64,000 nt of DNA from Lobosporangium transversale (Eukaryota): contig NW_019028996.1 in assembly GCF_002105155.1 (NCBI RefSeq), positions 682,001 through 746,000 on the forward strand, in the 5' to 3' direction. Below the pieces are notes generated by a model that saw nothing but the letters and a program-made list of their open reading frames with translations, did not search any database and had not been told where the DNA came from. The translations under genes were made by a program, and so were the position numbers. Of the stretch, positions 51,757 to 61,498 are shown piece by piece. Numbering within the stretch: the stretch's first letter is position 1; each line of letters starts with the position of its first letter.

Positions 51757-54431
51757 ATGACAAAGAGCAGCCGACGCCGTATTGCAACTTCTGAAAGCGA
51801 GGAGGAAGAGCATGAAGAAGAGGTAAATATTAACTACTTTGACAACATACTGTGACTGTTAAGAAAGATAGTTAACCTTAAAAACTTTTTAACGGTTCTA
51901 TGACACTTTGATGGATTTAAGGTTAATGATGTGAGTAATATGTCTATGTCGACCACTTTCGACATCACTGACGGTAGCATGGGTACGGAAAGCATGGGAA
52001 GTGTCAGTATCAGTAGCAAGAAAGGCACCCGAGTTTGGGGGTGGGCCATTAAAAACAAATGGGCTGAACGCGTTGAAACAAAAAAAGGCGCAGTCATACG
52101 CTGTCGTTTCCCTGGCTGCAAGATGGAATATACGTCAAGTACGATGACAACCAGTGGAATCAATTCACATTTGGCTAATAAGCACCATATTAGAAAAGAT
52201 AGCCACGTGAATGATGGTAGCCTCTCCCGGCAAGGCCCATTGGATGTAATGTTTTCTTCTTCTCCAAGGGTATTTGACCCTACAAGATTCGATGATTTGC
52301 TTGTGCGTTTTGTCGTTACGACGAAGGAGCCATTCGCTGTTGTAAAGAGTGCAGCTTTTCAAGAGCTTCTAAATCATGCAACAATGGCCGCAATGGCTCA
52401 AGTCAAGCTCCCCTCAGATGATACCATGGCAAACAAGGTAGCTCTCCTTTTTCTTCTACTCCACTTTTTTTGGCTTTATTTTTTTATTATTTATCTATTA
52501 TTATCATCTTTATTTATTTCTACGTTATTACTTTCCCTCCACTGGAGCCTAACAAAGTTTACTAATTTGAAATAGACGAGACGAAAATATGATGATATGG
52601 AACAAGAAGCGATTGCCTTATTTGAAGGCATCAATAAGATTTCATTGACTGCTGATAGCTGGACAAGTCCTTTTCAGGACGACTTCTTAGGAGTCACGGC
52701 TCATTGGATCGACAAGGATTGGCGCCAAAAAGAGCTAGTGATAGGGTTTGAGCCTCTACTCGGAATGCACACAGGCGAGATGCAAACGTGTTATACAATA
52801 CTGACTCAAACCTTTGAGGAGGGCTCAACTATCACGCGCACCCCAGGCGCCAAGACGCCAAGCCCAAGTGCCAAGACACCAAGCCCCAACCCTATCAATT
52901 ATCAGTATAAATAGTCCACTACGTTATAGCCAAATAAAGTATCCTTTGACCTTCGATTCCACCTAAGATCACCTTTGATTGTTACTATTTACACGAGAAC
53001 CTCGCCGAAGCTCTCGTCAGTGTTATTAAGCGCTTTAAAATTGGCGATAAGCTCCAAAGCATCACTACCGATAACGCATCAAACATGACCAAAATGGTGC
53101 GAGAAGTTGTGAATCATCCCGAAGCAGTTGAATGGTAAACAATTGTACTACTGAACTAACTTTGGCTTCTATAATAGTTACATGTCTCTAACTTTGGTAT
53201 TTAAAAAACTACGATTAGGCCACTCATAGATAACCTGTACCATATACCATGCCTTGGTCATATTATAAACCTGGCTGTACAAGCAATGCTAGGTCCTAAC
53301 GGCTTAAATGATCCAGCCCTTGAGAATGACAACGGCTACTCTGACGATAGTGGGGACGAAGACACAATTGGGTCGATGGAAGTAACGCTAAGCACATTGC
53401 AGAAGCTGAGGAAAGGCATCATGAAGATCAGGCAAGTATTTCGATATGATTATGATAGCAAATAACATGGGTGACAGGAAACTCAGCTAACCATCGGTTA
53501 CATTTACCACTTGCTGTGTAGATCATCACCGCAAAGGATGTATCAGTTTGGCCGTGTTTGTGATATTGTGAAGAGCCCAAAGCTTGAGTTGATAAGGGAC
53601 AACAGAACACGATGGAACTCTACTTCCACAATGGTTGAAAGAGCAATAACTCTAAAAGATGCTTACCAGTCTATGTGTAAGAACGAAGCTATCCTAGCGC
53701 CATACATTCTGAAGGATGAGGAATGGCTATATCTTCAAAAGCTCCAGTTGTTGCTTAGTCGATTCGTCGCTATCACTAACATCGTGTCTTCCAGCGTGGG
53801 TTATCCGACGATTAACCGAGCAATGTCCGTATACAACTTAATGATCGATCATTTAGAAGAGTTTATTGAAGAAGAAAAAGACCCCTCACTTAACCAGGCG
53901 GCAAGTCAGGGATTACAAAAGCTTCTGAACTATTATTCTAAAACAGATACCACCTCGGTTTATGCAGTAGCCACTGCCATGGATCCAAGAATGCGATTTA
54001 ACTGGTGGGAGGTAAATGACTGGGGTGTATACATCGAAAGCAGCAAAAATATGGTGAAAGAGGTATGGGAAAAAGAATACAAAGGAAAAGAAGGCCCCGC
54101 CCAAGTGCCTGCTGACCAAGAGTATGAAATGAAGCTCTATGGAATCAGTACGCAAGCTGGAGAGCTTGAAGAGTATGTCCGTGAAGGAAGTTCGCTAGTT
54201 GCCAGCAAGCAGGAGCCTCCAGAGTTGGTGCACTGGCGCTCGCAGAATGAACGCTGGCCCAATTTAGCAAATATGGCACGAGACTACCTCGCTATACCTG
54301 TGACATCGACCCCAGCTGAACGTTGTTTCTCCCAGGCTAAGTTCATTATGTCCGCTGAGAGAAATAGTCTTCTCCCTACAACGATCCAACGATTAGTAGT
54401 TTTGGATTCTTGGTTGAAAGAGATGTCTTGA
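51757..54431 (+). pseudogene. hAT transposase (spliced), interrupted by a solo LTR
   Basis: BED finger VWGW..CRFPGC..HLANKH, LTADSWTS, ITTDNASNM, CLGH, TRWNST, ARDYLAIPVTSTPAERCFS. Confidence 0.9.
52781..52993 (+). mobile_element. 213-bp solo LTR of a third family
   Basis: TGCAAA...TTTACA, TATAAATA, AATAAA, TSD CGAGA; removal restores HTGENLAE. Confidence 0.9.
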
Positions 54432-54441
54432 TTGAGACATA

Positions 54442-56069
54442 CACTATCATGCAAAACTGATTCAATAATTCATTCCCATGTGCATTTCTTTTTTTCATTC
54501 CTAGAAACCGTATATGCATACACCACTCATACTTTGGTTTAATAAAGCTCCCGTCTTCTTCTACGTCCTAGTGATGCGTTGTGACATTAGCTTGTCTCAT
54601 TTGAATAGCTAATGACTTTTTTGTTCATGCAGGTCATTGAATCAGTTTCACATGTGGTCTAAAATGTTGCCCATGGCAACTTTTGGACGTCATTTAATGC
54701 CAGTAAAAAAAGGACTTTTCTCTCTTTCCTTTATGAACACTTGCTTAACTCTTAACTATACCTTCACAGAATATGAGACCCACTCCACAAAGGAAAGTCA
54801 ACGAAGCCAGGAGGTTAATGATGGGAGGCATGTCTACTAGAGAAACTGCTGCTAGTGTTGGTATATCAATAGCGACGGCCACCAGGATCTATGCACATAA
54901 TAAGGAGTACATGCCAGTCAATAAAGGCGGTCGACCAAGGAAAGTACCTAGAGGTATCATGCAGTATCTTAAGGTGAACATGAAACGAGGTACACTCAAG
55001 TCTGCAGTTGAGGCCACCGCCAGAGCCAACCAGCTCATACCAGCGGCTGTTTCTGAGACCACCGTTAGACGACGGCTCAAGGAGTTAGGATTGACAGCAA
55101 AGAGGCGTGTACATAAGCCAGCTTTACGTCGACGACATATTAAAGCTCGTTTGCATTTTATCAAAAAGTATAAGGAATGGACTCTGGAAGATTGGAAAAA
55201 GGTTATTTGGTCAGATGAATCGAAAATAAACCGAATCTGCTCTGATGGCGTGCAGTGGATCTGGGGCGACAATCCGGGACGCCTCACTCGCAGGTCGGTG
55301 CAAGGCACTGTCAAGTTTGGGGGTGGTAATGTTAAAGTGTGGTCATGCTTCTCATGGCACGGACCTGGATACATTGCAAAGATTGACAATAATATGGACG
55401 CACAACTTTACATCAAACTACTGCAGGAGGATCTACAGATGTCGCTTGGTGACTGGGGCCTAACTAAAAGCGATATCGTCTTTCAGCACGACAATGACTC
55501 GAAGCACACGGCGAAGATTGTTAGGAAGTATTTGGAGTCAGTACATCTGACAGAAGAGGAAGGTACACTTCTAGAGTGGCCAGCACAATCCCCTGACCTC
55601 AACCCTATTGAACACATGTGGGCAGAATTGGATAGGCGGCTCTCTAGGTATCCGGAGCGAGCTAAGAGCTGTGATGAACTATGGGAGCGAATATCGGTTG
55701 AATGGTACAGGATCCCAGTGGACTTCTGCCGCAAACTCATCATAGATATCCATAAGAGACTCCAAGCTGTCAGTGATGCCCATGGTTGGAATACTATCTA
55801 TTGATGTAAGGTTATGGCTCACAAAAGAATAAAGATCTTTGGCCACCGAATGGGCACATGTGAAACTGATTCAATGACCTGAATGAACAAAAAAGCCATT
55901 AGCTATTCAAATGAGACAAGCTAATGTCACAACGCATCACTATGACGTAGAAGAAGACGGGAGCTTTATTAAACCAAAGTATGAGTGGTGTATGCATATA
56001 CGGTTTCTAGGAATGAAAAAAAGAAATGCACATGGGAATGAATTATTGAATCAGTTTTGCATGATAGTG
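54442..56069 (+). mobile_element. Intact Tc1-like transposon with 215-bp TIRs
   Basis: TA TSD; TIRs 54442-54656 and 55855-56069. Confidence 0.95.
54773..55804 (+). CDS. Tc1 DDE transposase, 343 aa, uninterrupted
   Basis: GRPRK, WSDESK, FQHDNDSKH, WPAQSPDLNPIEHMW. Confidence 0.95.
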   Translation: MRPTPQRKVNEARRLMMGGMSTRETAASVGISIATATRIYAHNKEYMPVNKGGRPRKVPRGIMQYLKVNMKRGTLKSAVEATARANQLIPAAVSETTVRRRLKELGLTAKRRVHKPALRRRHIKARLHFIKKYKEWTLEDWKKVIWSDESKINRICSDGVQWIWGDNPGRLTRRSVQGTVKFGGGNVKVWSCFSWHGPGYIAKIDNNMDAQLYIKLLQEDLQMSLGDWGLTKSDIVFQHDNDSKHTAKIVRKYLESVHLTEEEGTLLEWPAQSPDLNPIEHMWAELDRRLSRYPERAKSCDELWERISVEWYRIPVDFCRKLIIDIHKRLQAVSDAHGWNTIY

Positions 56070-56073
56070 TATA

Positions 56074-56420
56074 CAGTGCTCCTATTCGAACCTTTCGAAT
56101 CGAATTTCACTGATATCGAATTCGATTCGAATGAGGTAAGCTCAAATTCGATTCGAATTCGATTAGATAACAAAATTCGAATGCTATTCGAATGGTTCGA
56201 ATGATTCGAGCGAACTATTGGCACAATAGTAAATGATAATTTTAAACTTTTTTTTTTATTTTTTTTTGATTGGGTGTAAAGTACAAGGACCATACTTTCG
56301 CTACGCGTAACCAGAGGCCCTATTCGAACCATTCGAACCATTCGAATCGAACCAGGATATGGCTTATTTGAATCGATTCGAATTTATCACGATTCGAATT
56401 CGAATCGAATAGGAGCACTG
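56074..56420. mobile_element. 347-bp non-autonomous hAT (MITE) nested in the parent hAT
   Basis: Same TIRs as the parent; TSD GACATATA, left copy split by the Tc1 insertion. Confidence 0.9.
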
Positions 56421-56721
56421 GACATATATAGTTTTCTAAATAAGAGTAAAAGTATCTCTCAAAACTAGCAAATCAAATAAAACTTTTTACAATACAACTC
56501 TGAACCAGGGTTATGAACTATATCACCCCTACCACTTCACAATTCAAACCACCACGCTCCTATTCGAATCATTCGAACCATTCGACACTCGAACCATTCG
56601 AACCATTCGAACCATTCGACACTCGAACTATTCGAACCATTCGAACCATTGGAATCGAACCAGGATATGGCTTATTCGAAGCTATTCGAATTCGAACCGT
56701 TCGATTCGAATAGGAGCACTG

Positions 56722-58608
56722 AGTAGGTGTAGCCTCCGAGTCCTTGAGGTCCGGTCTTCGTGAAAGAGCATCAGGGACGACGTTATCTTTACCAGGTTTA
56801 TACTTGAATACGAAATCATACTCTTGAAGCAACTCCATCCATCTTGCTTGTCTGCGAGTCAAGTTCGGCTGGCTAGGAAAATGTTGTAGAGTGGCATGGT
56901 CGGTATAAACGACAAAGTGAGAACCATCAAGGTAGTATCGCCATGTCTTCAGAGCATGCACCACAGCCAGCAGTTCTTGTTCGTGTGTAGGATAGTTGCG
57001 TTCCGCTGGGTTGAGCTTGCGTGAAGTAAAAGCTACTGGTCGTGATTCACCATTTTGGTCCGTCTGGAACAAGACAGCACCAATTGCAAAGCCTGAAGCG
57101 TCTGTTTCGACTGCTGTAGAGAGGGCAGGATCGAATATCCTAAGAACTGGTGCTGAGCTCACTGCTCTTTTCAAAGTCTCAAAGGCGTCTTGTTGAGATT
57201 TTCCCCAGTGGAATTCCTTATTGCAGCCTAACAATTGTGTGAGGGGAAGAGCAATATCAGCGTAATGAGAAATGTACTGATGGTAAAAATTAGTCAAACC
57301 AAGGAATTGCATCACATGTCGTTGGGTTGTTGGTACTGGCCATTCCCTTATTGCCTTGACAAGTCCGCCATTCGTCTTGAGTCCATCCTTGGATATGACA
57401 TGGCCTAGGAACTCAGTCTCTTCCTGCATGAAGGAATACTTGGATAATTTACAATAAAGCCCAGCTTGACGCAAGAGGGAGAGTACTTTTCGGATGTGCT
57501 CTAAGTGATCTTTCTCGTTATCGGAGTAAATTAAAATATCATCGAGATACACAACAACACATTTATCAAGAAGTGGATCAAGTACGTTACGCATCATAGT
57601 CGAGAACGCTGCAGGTGCATTTGTAAGACCGAAAGGTACGACGTTAAACTCGTAGTGGCCATAGCGAGTTCGGAACGCGGTCTTGTGTTTATCATCAGGA
57701 TGGACACGCATTTGATGATAGCCCGAGAGTAGATCCAGCTTGGTAAAACATTTAGCTGTTCTGAATCTGTCGATCAATTCATCGATCCGTGGTAAGGGGT
57801 ACCTGTTTTTCTTTGTGATCTTGTTCAGGCCCCGATAATCAACACACATTCGAAGCGAGCCATCCTTTTTCTTCACAAAGAGGACTGGAGCACCGTATGG
57901 TGAGGTGCTCGGTGAGATTAATCCTTTTTGTAAAAGATCAGTTAGTGCAAGCGAAATCACTCTAATAATTATGTGCAACATAGTATTTCGCCCATATTTC
58001 TAGAGCATTCCTTGCAACAGGATATTAACTAGTATAAATAGGTCTACTTTCTATCTAGTTCTGTAGCATAGTTCCCCTGAATAAAGATACCTTTATTGCA
58101 CCCTTAGATCCCCCTAGAACACTACCTTGACTTTTGCAGTTAGCTGCTTCTTCAGTTCATCAAGCTCAGCGATCGACAATCTGATGACAGGTCGGACAGG
58201 TGGGTCAGCATAAGGGTCAGTCTCTATACGCATGCTATCACCTCTGTCAGGGGGAAGGCCATCAGGAAGCGTTGTAGGAAAGACATCAGGGAATTCGACT
58301 TGAACGATTTGCTTGATAGAGTCCGGTAGTTCAGAACTACTGCTAGAGACAGGTACTGGAACTCGAACTTGGGCGAGGAATACAGAGGCATCAGGTTCCG
58401 AGGCAACGGTAAGGAAGTTAAGAGCAGATATGACGGAAGATCGCTGTCTAGGCTTCCTGTCGATGCCAGTGCAAGGCCACAAGACCGGGGTACCTTGGTA
58501 TTCAAAATGCAGATCATTTGTTCGCCAATTGATGCGAGGGTTGATATCCGTCAGCCATGGTTTACCCAAAATTAGGTCGTATTTGGATAGAGGATAAACA
58601 ATGGCGTT
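56722..58608 (-). mobile_element. Gypsy copy 3, internal fragment (end of protease, solo LTR 57946-58138, RT-RNase H)
   Basis: Near-identical to 32609-34494; bounded by a hAT TIR on the left and a PLE pseudo-LTR on the right. Confidence 0.93.
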
Positions 58609-58663
58609 TGATAAGTAGGATGGGTTTTTTTGTGAAAAAGTGGAAAAAGTGACTGAGAGTGAG

Positions 58664-58722
58664 AAAGAAGACTGCGGGACAAGTGCTTGTTTCGATCTTT
58701 TCTCTTCAGCCTTGTCTTCTTT
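58664..58722 (-). ncRNA. Type I hammerhead ribozyme, copy 1
   Basis: aaagaagac-aa-gg CUGAAGA ga-aaaga-uc GAAA caag-ca-cuug UC cc-gca-gucuucuuu. Confidence 0.88.
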
Positions 58723-59060
58723 TTATACTTTTTTCACGCCTCTCGGACTCTCGGGAGAGAGGGTGAACGGTAACCCAAAAAGGAATCATTATCCAAATCG
58801 GGTCTCATCCGGAAACTCCTAGATTGTTTCAGATTGAGTCAGTTATGACGTAAGATCTAAAATTAATCTAAGTATAGATTACAAATAATTTATCCGAACG
58901 GTTAGACTAAAAAAGGAAGGTCTAAGTCCGAAAAAATCCTAGGATATATGTATCATTTCCGTGGTACGCGTCGACCTAGCAAACAGGTTTATTTGGAGCC
59001 AGCAAACCAGTTATTTGTGGCTTTCTACTCCTTAACTAGGGTCACGTGACAAAATTTATT

Positions 59061-59197
59061 TTTAGGTATCTATTTTTAGGGTCTATTTTTAGGGTTTTTT
59101 AGGGTTTTTTAGGGTTTTTTAGGGTTTTTAGGGTTTTTTAGGGTTTTTTAGGGTTTTTAGGGTTTTTTAGGGTTTTTTAGGGTTTTTTAGGGTTTTT
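59061..59197 (+). repeat. Telomere-like tract ending in about 10 regular T5-6AGGG units
   Basis: Mostly TTTTTTAGGG from 59095. Confidence 0.93.
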
Positions 59198-59251
59198 GAT
59201 AAGTAGGATGGGTTTTTTTGTGAAAAAGTGGAAAAAGTGACTGAGAGTGAG

Positions 59252-59310
59252 AAAGAAGACTGCGGGACAAGTGCTTGTTTCGATCTTTTCTCTTCAGCCT
59301 TGTCTTCTTT
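59252..59310 (-). ncRNA. Type I hammerhead ribozyme, copy 2
   Basis: Identical to copy 1. Confidence 0.88.
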
Positions 59311-59648
59311 TTATACTTTTTTCACGCCTCTCGGACTCTCGGGAGAGAGGGTGAACGGTAACCCAAAAAGGAATCATTATCCAAATCGGGTCTCATCCGG
59401 AAACTCCTAGATTGTTTCAGATTGAGTCAGTTATGACGTAAGATCTAAAATTAATCTAAGTATAGATTACAAATAATTTATCCGAACGGTTAGACTAAAA
59501 AAGGAAGGTCTAAGTCCGAAAAAATCCTAGGATATATGTATCATTTCCGTGGTACGCGTCGACCTAGCAAACAGGTTTATTTGGAGCCAGCAAACCAGTT
59601 ATTTGTGGCTTTCTACTCCTTAACTAGGGTCACGTGACAAAATTTATT

Positions 59649-59749
59649 TTTAGGTATCTATTTTTAGGGTCTATTTTTAGGGTTCTATTTTAGGGTTTTT
59701 TTAGGGTTATTTTTAGGGTTTTCTTTTAGGGTTATTTTTAGGGTTAGGG
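59649..59749 (+). repeat. Element-encoded degenerate telomere-like tract
   Basis: Irregular TnAGGG units ending TTAGGG; same sequence at 63821-63921. Confidence 0.9.
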
Positions 59750-59905
59750 TCAAGGAGGGTCAGCTCTGGCCTATACCATGAACCTGAGAAAACTCCTAAA
59801 AAATCTAAAGAAAACTTACTAAGTCTAAAAAACCGGACCTATTTTGTCGGGGATGAGGGCTAGTTATAATATAAGATACAGAAGAGATCTCATTGAACTA
59901 GTCAT

Positions 59906-61411
59906 CTACAATCGACTCCTTATTGGGGCGGATTGGAGAATCTTTTTATTATAGGTGTTCAACTGGTTGCGCAGGTTGGAGCCTTTATAAATTATCCATG
60001 TGGTTTGTGTATTCTCATAACGGGCAGGTTTGAGGGTATGGATATCTCGTAGAATCATACGTCCAAACTGTTCAAGTTTGTCACGTCCAGGGATGTTATG
60101 GAGGAACATTTTTTTGATAATAGTATCATTTTTCTGAGACGAGGGTGCCGGGTACAAAAGAGTATTCCGTTCATCGTATGAGTGTAATCTGAGTTGATTG
60201 TTGATTACATGTGAGGGGTAGTTTCTATTAAGAAGATGTTGGGCAAATTGTGCTGTGGCATGGGTGTGGAAAGAAGACTGACTAGAGTTTCTAATTAGTC
60301 TTTGGTTTTCACCATTAATCCAGTTAAAAACATATTTCCTAGGGTAGTATGTATCTGGATCAGTGTATAGGTGTTTATTAACGGGTTTGTCGAAAGGAGC
60401 AATAGTAAATCGGGTTGGACTAGTATTGTTATCGACAGAAATAAGAAGGTCGAGCATAACTACTTGTTGACCATTGTTACCATGGTCGATAGTGATATTA
60501 AGACTTTGACAAGAGGCATAAATCTGATGAAGTTTAATGTCAATGTATGGTTTCAAAAGATTGAATGTCTCTTTAGACCAGGGAAGGTTATCATGTTTGG
60601 TAGTTCTGATTATGGCAAAGCCATCATCTATATACCGGAACAGGGTGATGTCAAAGAAATCGAGTTTATAGAAAAACATTGGGGAATTAGTGTCAACTGG
60701 AAGGTTGTCAGGAAAAACTCCATGGAATTGTTGTTGTTTCTCTACGCAGCATGCAAAGAGGCGGGCTATGGTGGGTGCCATGGGAGTTCCCATAGCTAAG
60801 CCTTTGACTTGTCTGTAATTATTTGTAAGGTCAGAGACAAGGCAGTTCTTATTAACCCATTCTGCGAGTTTCAGACATATTTGGATTTCATAATTGTAAG
60901 AATGATTGCAGAAGTAGTGTAGTATGGTTTTTCTGGCTTCTTCAAAGTCGATGTTACCATACATGTTGATGACGTCGAAAGCTGCTAATGAGTAATGGCA
61001 GTAAGGATCAAAGTCAAAATTTTCTAGATAACGTATTAGTGTGGGGGTGTCGGGAAGATCTCTAGGGAACTCATTAAGTAGAGGGCGCAGGTTTCTATCG
61101 ACAAACTGACTAATAGTGTGTGTTATCCAAGGGAAAGAGGGGACTATAGGTCTAGCACCGGGTGGTGACTTATGTATTTTAGGTAAAAGATACATAACTG
61201 GGACAGTATAGAAGTTAGGATTGGTTCTAACATTATCTCTTATTAGTTTAGCTTCTGAGAGTAATTTATTTTTAATTCTAAGAGGACTAAGATTGACTAT
61301 AGAAAAGAGTGAGTTTATCATATTGTCAATGGAGAACGAAGGGCACGGGACATAACAGGAAGTATCTGTTAGAAGTTTCGTAGTCTGGGATGTATACCAG
61401 TCTAGGTCCAT
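59906..61411 (-). CDS. Penelope-like reverse transcriptase with no GIY-YIG endonuclease; true N-terminus lies further upstream
   Basis: YLLPKIHK..RPIV, FDVINMYGNI, QVKGLAMGTPMAP, FRYIDDGF, MLDLLI, KPVNKHLY; ORF ends after the thumb with no GIY..YIG. Confidence 0.93.
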   Translation of the reverse strand: MDLDWYTSQTTKLLTDTSCYVPCPSFSIDNMINSLFSIVNLSPLRIKNKLLSEAKLIRDNVRTNPNFYTVPVMYLLPKIHKSPPGARPIVPSFPWITHTISQFVDRNLRPLLNEFPRDLPDTPTLIRYLENFDFDPYCHYSLAAFDVINMYGNIDFEEARKTILHYFCNHSYNYEIQICLKLAEWVNKNCLVSDLTNNYRQVKGLAMGTPMAPTIARLFACCVEKQQQFHGVFPDNLPVDTNSPMFFYKLDFFDITLFRYIDDGFAIIRTTKHDNLPWSKETFNLLKPYIDIKLHQIYASCQSLNITIDHGNNGQQVVMLDLLISVDNNTSPTRFTIAPFDKPVNKHLYTDPDTYYPRKYVFNWINGENQRLIRNSSQSSFHTHATAQFAQHLLNRNYPSHVINNQLRLHSYDERNTLLYPAPSSQKNDTIIKKMFLHNIPGRDKLEQFGRMILRDIHTLKPARYENTQTTWIIYKGSNLRNQLNTYNKKILQSAPIRSRL

Positions 61412-61498
61412 AATAGTGAGTCCTAAGTTTTTTATCAGCAGGGAATGATAATTTATTCGAGGTCATTAGATTTCTGTAGGATTTTTTTTTTTTTTTTA

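Larger units (their letters stand above)
50721..56721 (+). mobile_element. hAT transposon carrying three nested insertions
   Basis: TIRs CAGTGCTCCTATTCGAA / TTCGAATAGGAGCACTG; dense TTCGAACCA subterminal repeats at 50730-51000 and 56558-56710; flanks AGATCGAG and AGTAGGTG differ. Confidence 0.92.

Noticed and set aside
58640..58822. 60-aa ORF MEKVTESEK.. repeated four times
   Set aside because: Antisense to the pseudo-LTR and ribozyme, non-ATG start, recurs only because the repeat does.
59906..61411. Telomerase reverse transcriptase
   Set aside because: No TRBD/T motif, too short, has PLE-type LPKIHK and GLAMG motifs, and sits between pseudo-LTRs.
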